Origin: Nemertoderma westbladi
Taxonomy: Eukaryota; Animalia; Xenacoelomorpha
DNA length: 64,000 nucleotides
Assembly: GCA_032718475.1 (NCBI GenBank)
Contig: JAUCBJ010006711.1
Coordinates: 163,881-227,880 of the forward strand
Reading direction: 5' to 3'
Position numbers and translations under genes: made by a program. Each line of letters opens with the position of its first letter. Within the stretch, counting starts at the first letter, position 1. This document shows positions 46,301 through 61,900 of this stretch, piece after piece. The notes under the pieces are model-generated. The model did no database searches. It worked only from the letters and a program-made list of their open reading frames with translations, and had not been told where the DNA came from.

Positions 46301-49300
46301 AGTAATCAGCTGTTATTTGCTACGTCTTTCCGCTGGAGATGGATTAATTTTGATTGCGTTGGAACACCCCCTATCTGTGGCTGTCTGAGAGGAGAGATAA
46401 GTAGCCTATCTCCCTGTTAATATTGTTGTGTTCTAGAATATTTTTTATAGTTTCATCGTATTGCCAAAGTGACTAGAGCTGAAGTTGACTCATAATACAA
46501 TAATTCACCTCAAATATCTCAGCTATTTCATGAACATAATGAAGTATTAAATCCATGTCAAATTCCTTTGTATTTTTCTGCAATAATTTATCAAAATATC
46601 CTCTGATTTTTTTCAAAAACCATATCAATTTTCATATTTATAACTTCTATCCCACTCAACGAGATAAAGTATCTTAAATGAAAGTCAAAAGAACAGGTAA
46701 CACTTACATTTATAGAAGTAATCAGCTGTTATTTGCTACGTCTTTCCGCTGGAGATGGATGAATTTTGATTGCGTTGGAACACCCCCCTATCTGTGGCTT
46801 TCTGAGTGGAGAGATAAGTATCCTATCTCCCTATTAATATTGTTGTGTTCTAGAATATTTTTTATAGTTTCATCGTATTGCCAAAGTGACTAGAGCTGAA
46901 GTTGTCTCATAATTCAATAATTCACCTCAAATATCTCAGCTATTTCATGAACATAATGAAGTAATAAATCCATGTCAAAATCCTTGGTATTTTTCTGCAA
47001 TAATTTATCAAAATATCCTCTGATTTTTTTCAAAAACCACATCGATTTTCTTATTTATAACTTCTATCCCACTCCACGAGATAGAGAATCTTAAATGAAC
47101 GTCAAAAGAACAGGTAACACTTACATTTATAGCAGTAATCAGCTGTTATTTGCTACGTCTTTCCGCTGGAGATGGATTAATTTTGATTGCGTTGGAACAC
47201 CCCCTATCTGTGGCTGTCTGAGAGGAGAGATAAGTAGCCTATCTCCCTGTTAATATTGTTGTGTTCTAGAATATTTATTATAGTTTCATCGTATTGCCAA
47301 AGTGACTAGAGCTGAAGTTGACTCATAATACAATAATTCACCTCAAATATCTCAGCTATTTCATGAACATAATGAAGTATTAAATCCATGTCAAATTCCT
47401 TGGTATTTTTCTGCAATAATTTATCAAAATATCCTCTGATTTTTTTCAAAAACCATATCGATTTTCATATTTATAACTTCTATCCCACTCAACGAGATAA
47501 AGTATCTTAAATGAAAGTCAAAAGAACAGGTAACACTTACATTTATAGAAGTAATCAGCTGTTATTTGCTACGTCTTTCTGCTGGAGATGGATTAATTTT
47601 GATTGCGTTGGAACACCCCCTATCTGTGGCTTTCTGAGTGGAGAGATACGTATCCTATCTCCCTATTAATATTGTTGTGTTCTAGAATATTTTTTATAGT
47701 TTCATCGTATTGCCAAAGTGACTAGAGCTGAAGTTGACTCATAATACAATAATTCACCTCAAATATCTCAGCTATTTCATGAACATAATGAAGTATTAAA
47801 TCCATGTCAAATTCCTTTGTATTTTTCTGCAATAATTTATCAAAATATCCTCTGATTTTTTTCAAAAACCATATCAATTTTCATATTTATAACTTCTATC
47901 CCACTCAACGAGATAAAGTATCTTAAATGAAAGTCAAAAGAACAGGTAACACTTACATTTATAGAAGTAATCAGCTGTTATTTGCTACGTCTTTCCGCTG
48001 GAGATGGATGAATTTTGATTGCGTTGGAACACCCCCCTATCTGTGGCTTTCTGAGTGGAGAGATAAGTATCCTATCTCCCTATTAATATTGTTGTGTTCT
48101 AGAATATTTTTTATAGTTTCATCGTATTGCCAAAGTGACTAGAGCTGAAGTTGTCTCATAATTCAATAATTCACCTCAAATATCTCAGCTATTTCATGAA
48201 CATAATGAAGTAATAAATCCATGTCAAAATCCTTGGTATTTTTCTGCAATAATTTATCAAATTATCCTCTGATTTTTTTCAAAAACCACATCGATTTTCA
48301 CATCAATTTTCATATTTATAACTTCTATCCCACTCAGCGGGATAAAGTATCTTAAATGAAAGTCAAAAGAACAGGTAACACTTACATTTATAGAAGTAAT
48401 CAGCTGTTATTTGCTTCGTCTTTCCGCTGGAGATGGATGAATTTTGATTGTGTCAGAACACCCCTATCTGTGGCTGTCTGAGTTGAGAGATAAGTAGCCT
48501 ATCTCCCTATTAATATTGTTGTGTTCTAGAATATTTATTATACAATAATTCACCTCAAATATCTCAGCTATTTCATGAACATAATGAAGTATTAAATCCA
48601 TGTCAAATTCCTTGGTATTTTTCTGCAATAATTTATCAAAATATCCTCTGATTTTTTTAAAAAACCATATCAATTTTCATATTTATAACTTCTATCCCAC
48701 TCAACGAGATAAAGTATCTTAAATGAAAGTCAAAAGAACAGGTAACACTTACATTTATAGAAGTAATCAGCTGTTATTTGCTACGTCTTTCCGCTGGAGA
48801 TGGATGAATTTTGATTGCGTTGGAACACCCCCTATCTGTGGCTTTCTGAGTGGAGAGATAAGTATCCTATCTCCCTATTAATATTGTTGTGTTCTAGAAT
48901 ATTTTTTATAGTTTCATCGTATTGCCAAAGTGACTAGAGCTGAAGTTAACTCATAATACAATAATTCACCTCAAATATCTCAGCTATTTCATGAACATAA
49001 TGAAGTATTAAAGCCATGTCAAAATCATTGGTATTTTTCTGCAATAATTTATCAAAATATCCTCTGATTTTTATCAAAAACCACATCGATTTTCTTATTT
49101 ATAACTTCTATCCCACTCCACGAGATAGAGAATCTTAAATGAACGTCAAAAGAACAGGTAACACTTACATTTATAGCAGTAATCAGCTGTTATTTGCTAC
49201 GTCTTTCCGCTGGAGATGGATTAATTTTGATTGCGTTGGAACACCCCCTATCTGTGGCTGTCTGAGAGGAGAGATAAGTAGCCTATCTCCCTGTTAATAT

Positions 49301-52300
49301 TGTTGTGTTCTAGAATATTTATTATAGTTTCATCGTATTGCCAAAGTGACTAGAGCTGAAGTTGTCTCATAATTCAATAATTCACCTCAAATATCTCAGC
49401 TATTTCATGAACATAATGAAGTATTAAATCCATGTCAAAATCCTTGGTATTTTTCTGCAATAATTTATCAAAATATCCTCTGATTTTTTTCAAAAACCAC
49501 ATCGATTTTCTTATTTATAACTTCTATCCCACTCCACGAGATAAAGAATCTAAAATGAAAGTCAAAAGAACAGGTAACACTTACATTTATATAAGTAATC
49601 AGCTGTTATTTGCTACGTCTTTCCGCTGGAGATGGATGAATTTTGATTGTATCAGAACACCCCCTATCTGTGGCTGTCTGAGTTGAGAAATAAGTAGCCT
49701 ATCTCCCTATTAATATTGTTGTGTTCTAGAATATTTATTATAGTTTCATCGTATTGCTAAAGTGGCTGGAGCTAAAGTTATTATGTAATGCAATAATTCA
49801 CCTCAAATATCTCAGCTATTTCATGAACATAATGAAGTATTAAATCCATGTCAAATTCCTTGGTATTTTTCTGCAATAATTTATCAAAATATCCTCTGAT
49901 TTTTTTCATAAACCATATCAATTTTCATATTTATAACTTCTATCCCACTCCACGAGATAAAGAATCTTAAATGAAAGTCAAAAGAAGAGGTAACACTTAC
50001 ATTTATAGAAGTAATCAGCTGTTATTTGCTACGTCTTTCCGCTGGAGATGGATGAATTTTGATTGTGTCAGAACACCCCCTATCTGTGGCTGTCTGAGTT
50101 GAGAAAAAGTAGCCTATCTCCCTATTAATATTGTTGTGTTCTAGAATATTTATTATAGTTTCATCGTATTGCTAAAGTGGCTGGAGCTAAAGTTATTATG
50201 TAATGCAATAATTCACCTCAAATATCTCAGCTATTTCATGAACATAATCAAGTATTAAAGCCATGTCAAAATCATTGGTGTTTTTCTGCAATAATTTATC
50301 AAAATATCCTCTGATTTTTTTCAAAAACCACATCGATTTTCTTATTTATAACTTCTATCCCACTCCACGAGATAGAGAATCTTAAATGAACGTCAAAAGA
50401 ACAGGTAACACTTACATTTATAGCAGTAATCAGCTTTTATTTGCTACGTCTTTCTGCTGGAGATGGATGAATTTTGATTGCGTTGGAACACCCCCTATCT
50501 GTGGCTTTCTGAGTGGAGAGATAAGTATCCTATCTCCCTATTAATATTGTTGTGTTGAATATTTTTTATAGTTTCATCGTATTGCCAAAGTGACTAGAGC
50601 TCAAGTTGTCTCATAATACAATAATTCACCTCAAATATCTCAGCTATTTCATGAACATAATGAAGTATTAAATCCATGTCAAAATCCTTGGTATTTTTCT
50701 GCAATAATTTATCAAAATATCCTCTGATTTTTTTCAAAAACCATATTAATTTTCATATTTATAACTTCTATCCCACTCCACGAGATTGAGAATCTTAAAT
50801 GAACGTCAAAAGAACAGGTAACACTTACATTTATAGCAGTAATCAGCTGTTATTTGCTACGTCTTTCCGCTGGAGATGGATTAATTTTGATTGCGTTGGA
50901 ACACCCCCTATCTGTGGCTGTCTGAGAGGAGAGATAAGTAGCCTATCTCCCTGTTAATATTGTTGTGTTCTAGAATATTTATTATAGTTTCATCGTATTG
51001 CCAAAGTGACTAGAGCTGAAGTTGACTCATAATACAATAATTCACCTCAAATATCTCAGCTATTTCATGAACATAATGAAGTATTAAATCCATGTCAAAT
51101 TCCTTGGTATTTTTCTGCAATAATTTATCAAAATATCCTCTGATTTTTTTCAAAAACTATATCAATTTTCATATTTATAACTTCTATCCCACTCAGCGAG
51201 ATAAAGTATCTTAAATGAAAGTCAAAAGAACAGGTAACACTTACATTTATAGAAGTAATCAGCTGTTATTTGCTTCGTCTTTCCGCTGGAGATGGATGAA
51301 TTTTGATTGTGTCAGAACACCCCTATCTGTGGCTGTCTGAGTTGAGAGATAAGTAGCCTATCTCCCTATTAATATTGTTGTGTTCTAGAATATTTATTAT
51401 AGTTTCATCGCATTGCTAAAGTGGCTGGAGCTAAAGTTATTATGTAATGCAATAATTCACCTCAAATATCTCAGCTATTTCATGAACATAATGAAGTATT
51501 AAATCCATGTCAAAATCCTTGGTATTTTTCTGCAATAATTTATCAAAATATCCTCTGATTTTTTTCAAAAACCATATCAATTTTCATATTTATAACTTCT
51601 ATCCCACTCCACGAGATAAAGAATCTAAAATGAAAGTCAAAAGAACAGGTAACACTTACATTTATAGAAGTAATCAGCTGTTATTTGCTACGTCTTTCCG
51701 CTGGAGATGGATGAATTTTGATTGTGTCAGAACACCCCCTATCTGTGGCTGTCTGAGTTGAGAAATAAGTAGCCTATCTCCCTATTAATATTGTTGTGTT
51801 CTAGAATATTTATTATACTTTCATCGTATTGCTAAAGTGGCTGGAGCTAAAGTTATTATGTAATGCAATAATTCACCTCAAATATCTCAGCTATTTCATG
51901 AACATAATGAAGTATTAAATCCATGTCACATTCCTTGGTATTTTTCTGCAATAATTTATCAAAATATCCTCTGATTTTTTTCAAAAACCATATCAATTTT
52001 CATATTTATAACTTCTATCCCACTCCACGAGATAAAGAATCTTAAATGAAAGTCAAAAGAAGAGGTAACACTTACATTTATAGCAGTAATCAGGTGTTAT
52101 TTGCTACGTCTTTCCGCTGGAGATGGATGAATTTTGATTGCGTTGGAACACCCCCTATCTGTGGCTTTCTGAGTGGAGAGATAAGTATCCTATCTCCCTA
52201 TTAATATTGTTGTGTTCTAGAATATTTTTTATAGTTTCATCGTATTGCCAAAGTGACTAGAGCTGAAGTTAACTCATAATACAATAATTCACCTCAAATA

Positions 52301-55300
52301 TCTCAGCTATTTCATGAACATAATGAAGTATTAAAGCCATGTCAAATTCCTTGGTATTTTTCTGCAATAATTTATCAAAATATCCTCTGATTTTTTTCAA
52401 AAACCACATCGATTTTCTTTTATTTATAACTTCTATCCCACTCCACGAGATAGAGAATCTTAAATGAACGTCAAAAGAACAGGTAACACTTACATTTATA
52501 GCAGTAATCAGCTGTTATTTGCTACGTCTTTCCGCTGGAGATGGATTAATTTTGATTGCGTTGGAACACCCCCTATCTGTGGCTGTCTGAGTGGAGAGAT
52601 AAGTATCCTATCTCCCTATTAATATTGTTGTGTTCTAGAATATTTTTTATAGTTTCATCGTATTGCCAAAGTGACTAGAGCTGAAGTTAACTCATAATAC
52701 AATAATTCACCTCAAATATCTCAGCTATTTCATGAACATAATGAAGTATTAAAGCCATGTCAAATTCCTTGGTATTTTTCTGCAATAATTTATCAAAATA
52801 TCCTCTGATTTTTTTAAAAAACCATATCAATTTTCATATTTATAACTTCTATCCCACTCAACGAGATAAAGTATCTTAAATGAAAGTCAAAAGAACAGGT
52901 AACACTTACATTTATAGAAGTAATCAGCTGTTATTTGCTACGTCTTTCCGCTGGAGATGGATGAATTTTGATTGCGTTGGAACACCCCCTATCTGTGGCT
53001 TTCTGAGTGGAGAGATAAGTATCCTATCTCCCTATTAATATTGTTGTGTTCTAGAATATTTTTTATAGTTTCATCGTATTGCCAAAGTGACTAGAGCTGA
53101 AGTTAACTCATAATACAATAATTCACCTCAAATATCTCAGCTATTTCATGAACATAATGAAGTATTAAAGCCATGTCAAAATCATTGGTGTTTTTCTGCA
53201 ATAATTTATCAAAATATCCTCTGATTTTTATCATAAACCACATCGATTTTCTTATTTATAACTTCTATCCCACTCCACGAGATAGAGAATCTTAAATGAA
53301 CGTCAAAAGAACAGGTAACACTTACATTTATAGCAGTAATCAGCTGTTATTTGCTACGTCTTCCCGCCGGAGATGGATGAATTTTGATTGCGTTGGAACA
53401 CCCCCTATCTGTGGCTTTCTGAGTGGAGAGATAAGTATCCTATCTCCCTATTAATATTGTTGCGTTCTAGAATATTTTTTATAGTTTCATCGTATTGCCA
53501 AAGTGACTAGAGCTGAAGTTAACTCATAATACAATAATTCACCTCAAATATCTCAGCTATTTCATGAACATAATGAAGTATTAAAGCCATGTCAAAATCA
53601 TTGGTGTTTTTCTGCAATAATTTATCAAAATATCCTCTGATTTTTATCATAAACCACATCGATTTTCTTATTTATAACTTCTATCCCACTCCACGAGATA
53701 GAGAATCTTAAATGAACGTCAAAAGAACAGGTAACACTTACATTTATAGCAGTAATCAGCTGTTATTTGCTACGTCTTCCCGCCGGAGATGGATGAATTT
53801 TGATTGCGTTGGAACACCCCCTATCTGTGGCTGTCTGAGTGGAGAGATAAGTATCCTATCTCCCTATTAATATTGTTGTGTTCTAGAATATTTATTATAG
53901 TTTCATCGTATTGCTAAAGTGGCTGGAGCTAAAGTTATTATGTAATGCAATAATTCACCTCAAATATCTCAGCTATTTCATGAACATAATGAAGTATTAA
54001 ATCCATGTCAAATTCCTTGGTATTTTTCTGCAATAATTTATCAAAATATCCTCTGATTTTTTTCAAAAACCATATCAATTTTCATATTTATAACTTCTAT
54101 CCCACTCAACGAGATAAAGTATCTTAAATGAAAGTCAAAAGAACAGGTAACACTTACATTTATAGAAGTAATCAGCTGTTATTTGCTACGTCTTTCCGCT
54201 GGAGATGGATGAATTTTGATTGCGTTGGAACACCCCCCTATCTGTGGCTTTCTGAGTGGAGAGATAAGTATCCTATCTCCCTATTAATATTGTTGTGTTC
54301 TAGAATATTTTTTATAGTTTCATCGTATTGCCAAAGTGACTAGAGCTGAAGTTGTCTCATAATTCAATAATTCACCTCAAATATCTCAGCTATTTCCTGA
54401 ACATAATGAAGTATTAAATCCATGTCAAAATCCTTGGTATTTTTCTGCAATAATTTATTAAAATATCCTCTGATTTTTTTCAAAAACCACATCGATTTTC
54501 TTATTTATAACTTCTATCCCACTCCACGAGATAGAGAATCTTAAATGAACGTCAAAAGAACAGGTAACACTTACATTTATAGCAGTAATCAGCTGTTATT
54601 TGCTACGTCTTTCCGCTGGAGATGGATTAATTTTGATTGCGTTGGAACACCCCCTATCTGTGGCTGTCTGAGAGGAGAGATAAGTAGCCTATCTCCCTGT
54701 TAATATTGTTGTGTTCTAGAATATTTATTATAGTTTCATCGTATTGCCAAAGTGACTAGAGCTGAAGTTGACTCATAATACAATAATTCACCTCAAATAT
54801 CTCAGCTATTTCATGAACATAATGAAGTATTAAATCCATGTCAAATTCCTTGGTATTTTTCTGCAATAATTTATCAAAATATCCTCTGATTTTTTTCAAA
54901 AACCATATCAATTTTCATATTTATAACTTCTATCCCACTCAGCGAGATAAAGTATCTTAAATGAAAGTCAAAAGAACAGGTAACACTTACATTTATAGAA
55001 GTAATCAGCTGTTATTTGCTTCGTCTTTCCGCTGGAGATGGATGAATTTTGATTGTGTCAGAACACCCCTATCTGTGGCTGTCTGAGTTGAGAGATAAGT
55101 AGCCTATCTCCCTATTAATATTGTTGTGTTCTAGAATATTTATTATAGTTTCATCGTATTGCTAAAGTGGCTGGAGCTAAAGTTATTATGTAATGCAATA
55201 ATTCACCTCAAATATCTCAGCTATTTCATGAACATAATGAAGTATTAAAGCCATGTCAAAATCCTTGGTGTTTTTCTGCAATAACTTTTCAAAATATCCT

Positions 55301-56079
55301 CTGATTTTTTACAAAAATCATATCGATTTTCATATTTATAACTTCTATCCCACTCAACGAGATAAAGTATCTTAAATGAAAGTCAAAAGAACAGGTAACA
55401 CTTACATTTATAGAAGTAATCAGCTGTTATTTGCTACGTCTTTCTGCTGGAGATGGATTAATTTTGATTGCGTTGGAACACCCCCTATCTGTGGCTTTCT
55501 GAGTGGAGAGATACGTATCCTATCTCCCTATTAATATTGTTGTGTTCTAGAATATTTTTTATAGTTTCATCGTATTGCCAAAGTGACTAGAGCTGAAGTT
55601 GACTCATAATACAATAATTCACCTCAAATATCTCAGCTATTTCATGAACATAATGAAGTATTAAATCCATGTCAAATTCCTTGGTATTTTTCTGCAATAA
55701 TTTATCAAAATATCCTCTGATTTTTTTCAAAAACCATATCAATTTTCATATTTATAACTTCTATCCCACTCAACGAGATAAAGTATCTTAAATGAAAGTC
55801 AAAAGAACAGGTAACACTTACATTTATAGAAGTAATCAGCTGTTATTTGCTACGTCTTTCCGCTGGAGATGGATGAATTTTGATTGCGTTGGAACACCCC
55901 CTATCTGTGGCTTTCTGAGTGGAGAGATAAGTATCCTATCTCCCTATTAATATTGTTGTGTTCTAGAATATTTTTTATAGTTTCATCGTATTGCCAAAGT
56001 GACTAGAGCTGAAGTTGTCTCATAATTCAATAATTCACCTCAAATATCTCAGCTATTTCCTGAACATAATGAAGTATTA

Positions 56080-59000
56080 AATCCATGTCAAAATCCTTGG
56101 TATTTTTCTGCAATAATTTATTAAAATATCCTCTGATTTTTTTCAAAAACCACATCGATTTTCTTATTTATAACTTCTATCCCACTCCACGAGATAGAGA
56201 ATCTTAAATGAACGTCAAAAGAACAGGTAACACTTACATTTATAGCAGTAATCAGCTGTTATTTGCTACGTCTTTCCGCTGGAGATGGATTAATTTTGAT
56301 TGCGTTGGAACACCCCCTATCTGTGGCTGTCTGAGAGGAGAGATAAGTAGCCTATCTCCCTGTTAATATTGTTGTGTTCTAGAATATTTATTATAGTTTC
56401 ATCGTATTGCCAAAGTGACTAGAGCTGAAGTTGACTCATAATACAATAATTCACCTCAAATATCTCAGCTATTTCATGAACATAATGAAGTATTAAATCC
56501 ATGTCAAATTCCTTGGTATTTTTCTGCAATAATTTATCAAAATATCCTCTGATTTTTTTCAAAAACCATATCAATTTTCATATTTATAACTTCTATCCCA
56601 CTCAGCGAGATAAAGTATCTTAAATGAAAGTCAAAAGAACAGGTAACACTTACATTTATAGAAGTAATCAGCTGTTATTTGCTTCGTCTTTCCGCTGGAG
56701 ATGGATGAATTTTGATTGTGTCAGAACACCCCTATCTGTGGCTGTCTGAGTTGAGAGATAAGTAGCCTATCTCCCTATTAATATTGTTGTGTTCTAGAAT
56801 ATTTATTATAGTTTCATCGCATTGCTAAAGTGGCTGGAGCTAAAGTTATTATGTAATGCAATAATTCACCTCAAATATCTCAGCTATTTCATGAACATAA
56901 TGAAGTATTAAATCCATGTCAAAATCCTTGGTATTTTTCTGCAATAATTTATCAAAATATCCTCTGATTTTTTTCAAAAACCATATCAATTTTCATATTT
57001 ATAACTTCTATCCCACTCCACGAGATAAAGAATCTAAAATGAAAGTCAAAAGAACAGGTAACACTTACATTTATAGAAGTAATCAGCTGTTATTTGCTAC
57101 GTCTTTCCGCTGGAGATGGATGAATTTTGATTGTGTCAGAACACCCCCTATCTGTGGCTGTCTGAGTTGAGAAATAAGTAGCCTATCTCCCTATTAATAT
57201 TGTTGTGTTCTAGAATATTTATTATAGTTTCATCGTATTGCTAAAGTGGCTGGAGCTAAAGTTATTATGTAATGCAATAATTCACCTCAAATATCTCAGC
57301 TATTTCATGAACATAATGAAGTATTAAATCCATGTCACATTCCTTGGTATTTTTCTGCAATAATTTATCAAAATATCCTCTGATTTTTTTCAAAAACCAT
57401 ATCAATTTTCATATTTATAACTTCTATCCCACTCCACGAGATAAAGAATCTTAAATGAAAGTCAAAAGAAGAGGTAACACTTACATTTATAGAAGTAATC
57501 AGCTGTTATTTGCTACGTCTTTCCGCTGGAGATGGATGAATTTTGATTGTGTCAGAACACCCCCTATCTGTGGCTGTCTGAGTTGAGAAATAAGTAGCCT
57601 ATCTCCCTATTAATATTGTTGTGTTCTAGAATATTTATTATAGTTTCATCGTATTGCTAAAGTGGCTGGAGCTAAAGTTATTATGTAATGCAATAATTCA
57701 CCTCAAATATCTCAGCTATTTCATGAACATAATCAAGTATTAAAGCCATGTCAAAATCATTGGTGTTTTTCTGCAATAATTTATCAAAATATCCTCTGAT
57801 TTTTTTCAAAAACCACATCGACTTTCTTATTTATAACTTCTATCCCACTCCACGAGATAGAGAATCTTAAATGAACGTCAAAAGAACAGGTAACACTTAC
57901 ATTTATAGCAGTAATCAGCTTTTATTTGCTACGTCTTTCCGCTGGAGATGGATTAATTTTGATTGCGTTGGAACACCCCCTATCTGTGGCTGTCTGAGAG
58001 GAGAGATAAGTAGCCTATCTCCCTGTTAATATTGTTGTGTTCTAGAATATTTATTATAGTTTCATCGTATTGCCAAAGTGACTAGAGCTGAAGTTGACTC
58101 ATAATACAATAATTCACCTCAAATATCTCAGCTATTTCATGAACAAAATGAAGTAAAAATCCATGTCAAATTCCTTGGTATTTTTCTGCAATAATTTATC
58201 AAAATATCCTCTGATTTTTTTTAAAAACCATATCAATTTTCATATTTATAACTTCTATCCCACTCAACGAGATAAAGTATCTTAAATGAAAGTCAAAAGA
58301 ACAGGTAACACTTACATTTATAGAAGTAATCAGCTGTTATTTGCTACGTCTTTCCGCTGGAGATGGATGAATTTTGATTGCGTTGGAACACCCCCTATCT
58401 GTGGCTTTCTGAGTGGAGAGATAAGTATCCTATCTCCCTATTAATATTGTTGTGTTGAATATTTTTTATAGTTTCATCGTATTGCCAAAGTGACTAGAGC
58501 TCAAGTTGTCTCAATAATACAATAATTCACCTCAAATATCTCAGCTATTTCATGAACATAATGAAGTATTAAATCCATGTCAAAATCCTTGGTATTTTTC
58601 TGCAATAATTTATCAAAATATCCTCTGATTTTTTTCAAAAACCATATCAATTTTCATATTTATAACTTCTATCCCACTCCACGAGATTGAGAATCTTAAA
58701 TGAACGTCAAAAGAACAGGTAACACTTACATTTATAGAAGTAATCAGCTGTTATTTTCTACGTCTTTCCGCTGGAGATGGATGAATTTTGATTGTGTCAG
58801 AACACCCCCTATCTGTGGCTGTCTGAGTTTAGAAATAAGTAGCCTATCTCCCTGTTAATATTGTTGTGTTCTAAAATATTTATTATAGTTTCATCGTATT
58901 GCCAAAGTGACTAGAGCTGAAGTTGACTCATAATACAATAATTCACCTCAAATATCTCAGCTATTTCATGAACATAATGAAGTAAAAATCCATGTCAAAA

Positions 59001-61900
59001 TCCTTGGTATTTTTCTGCAATAATTTATTAAAATATCCTCTGATTTTTTTCAAAAACCACATCGATTTTCTTATTTATAACTTCTATCCCACTCCACGAG
59101 ATAGAGAATCTTAAATGAACGTCAAAAGAACAGGTAACACTTACATTTATAGCAGTAATCAGCTGTTATTTGCTACGTCTTTCCGCTGGAGATGGATTAA
59201 TTTTGATTGCGTTGGAACACCCCCTATCTGTGGCTGTCTGAGAGGAGAGATAAGTAGCCTATCTCCCTGTTAATATTGTTGTGTTCTAGAATATTTATTA
59301 TAGTTTCATCGTATTGCCAAAGTGACTAGAGCTGAAGTTGACTCATAATACAATAATTCACCTCAAATATCTCAGCTATTTCATGAACATAATGAAGTAT
59401 TAAATCCATGTCAAATTCCTTGGTATTTTTCTGCAATAATTTATCAAAATATCCTCTGATTTTTTTCAAAAACCATATCAATTTTCATATTTATAACTTC
59501 TATCCCACTCAGCGAGATAAAGTATCTTAAATGAAAGTCAAAAGAACAGGTAACACTTACATTTATAGAAGTAATCAGCTGTTATTTGCTTCGTCTTTCC
59601 GCTGGAGATGGATGAATTTTGATTGTGTCAGAACACCCCTATCTGTGGCTGTCTGAGTTGAGAGATAAGTAGCCTATCTCCCTATTAATATTGTTGTGTT
59701 CTAGAATATTTATTATAGTTTCATCGCATTGCTAAAGTGGCTGGAGCTAAAGTTATTATGTAATGCAATAATTCACCTCAAATATCTCAGCTATTTCATG
59801 AACATAATGAAGTATTAAATCCATGTCAAAATCCTTGGTATTTTTCTGCAATAATTTATCAAAATATCCTCTGATTTTTTTCAAAAACCATATCAATTTT
59901 CATATTTATAACTTCTATCCCACTCCACGAGATAAAGAATCTAAAATGAAAGTCAAAAGAACAGGTAACACTTACATTTATAGAAGTAATCAGCTGTTAT
60001 TTGCTACGTCTTTCCGCTGGAGATGGATGAATTTTGATTGTGTCAGAACACCCCCTATCTGTGGCTGTCTGAGTTGAGAAATAAGTAGCCTATCTCCCTA
60101 TTAATATTGTTGTGTTCTAGAATATTTATTATAGTTTCATCGTATTGCTAAAGTGGCTGGAGCTAAAGTTATTATGTAATGCAATAATTCACCTCAAATA
60201 TCTCAGCTATTTCATGAACATAATGAAGTATTAAATCCATGTCACATTCCTTGGTATTTTTCTGCAATAATTTATCAAAATATCCTCTGATTTTTTTCAA
60301 AAACCATATCAATTTTCATATTTATAACTTCTATCCCACTCCACGAGATAAAGAATCTTAAATGAAAGTCAAAAGAAGAGGTAACACTTACATTTATAGA
60401 AGTAATCAGCTGTTATTTGCTACGTCTTTCCGCTGGAGATGGATGAATTTTGATTGTGTCAGAACACCCCCTATCTGTGGCTGTCTGAGTTGAGAAATAA
60501 GTAGCCTATCTCCCTATTAATATTGTTGTGTTCTAGAATATTTATTATAGTTTCATCGTATTGCTAAAGTGGCTGGAGCTAAAGTTATTATGTAATGCAA
60601 TAATTCACCTCAAATATCTCAGCTATTTCATGAACATAATCAAGTATTAAAGCCATGTCAAAATCATTGGTGTTTTTCTGCAATAATTTATCAAAATATC
60701 CTCTGATTTTTTTCAAAAACCACATCGACTTTCTTATTTATAACTTCTATCCCACTCCACGAGATAGAGAATCTTAAATGAACGTCAAAAGAACAGGTAA
60801 CACTTACATTTATAGCAGTAATCAGCTTTTATTTGCTACGTCTTTCCGCTGGAGATGGATTAATTTTGATTGCGTTGGAACACCCCCTATCTGTGGCTGT
60901 CTGAGAGGAGAGATAAGTAGCCTATCTCCCTGTTAATATTGTTGTGTTCTAGAATATTTATTATAGTTTCATCGTATTGCCAAAGTGACTAGAGCTGAAG
61001 TTGACTCATAATACAATAATTCACCTCAAATATCTCAGCTATTTCATGAACAAAATGAAGTAAAAATCCATGTCAAATTCCTTGGTATTTTTCTGCAATA
61101 ATTTATCAAAATATCCTCTGATTTTTTTTAAAAACCATATCAATTTTCATATTTATAACTTCTATCCCACTCAACGAGATAAAGTATCTTAAATGAAAGT
61201 CAAAAGAACAGGTAACACTTACATTTATAGAAGTAATCAGCTGTTATTTGCTACGTCTTTCCGCTGGAGATGGATGAATTTTGATTGCGTTGGAACACCC
61301 CCTATCTGTGGCTTTCTGAGTGGAGAGATAAGTATCCTATCTCCCTATTAATATTGTTGTGTTGAATATTTTTTATAGTTTCATCGTATTGCCAAAGTGA
61401 CTAGAGCTCAAGTTGTCTCAATAATACAATAATTCACCTCAAATATCTCAGCTATTTCATGAACATAATGAAGTATTAAATCCATGTCAAAATCCTTGGT
61501 ATTTTTCTGCAATAATTTATCAAAATATCCTCTGATTTTTTTCAAAAACCATATCAATTTTCATATTTATAACTTCTATCCCACTCCACGAGATTGAGAA
61601 TCTTAAATGAACGTCAAAAGAACAGGTAACACTTACATTTATAGAAGTAATCAGCTGTTATTTTCTACGTCTTTCCGCTGGAGATGGATGAATTTTGATT
61701 GTGTCAGAACACCCCCTATCTGTGGCTGTCTGAGTTTAGAAATAAGTAGCCTATCTCCCTGTTAATATTGTTGTGTTCTAAAATATTTATTATAGTTTCA
61801 TCGTATTGCCAAAGTGACTAGAGCTGAAGTTGACTCATAATACAATAATTCACCTCAAATATCTCAGCTATTTCATGAACATAATGAAGTAAAAATCCAT
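56080..61900. repeat. Higher-order repeat: 7-monomer unit of 2907 bp, 2 copies
   Basis: Marker ORFs at 56916 and 59823; shared rare variants (GTCACATT, ATCGACTT, TCAATAAT, GAACAAAA) at the same offset. Boundaries approximate. Confidence 0.85.

Noticed and set aside
40516-60077. Repeated 69-84 aa ORFs in the satellite as a tandem gene family
   Set aside because: They appear only where 1-bp indels or deletions remove stops in particular monomer variants; most monomers are closed.
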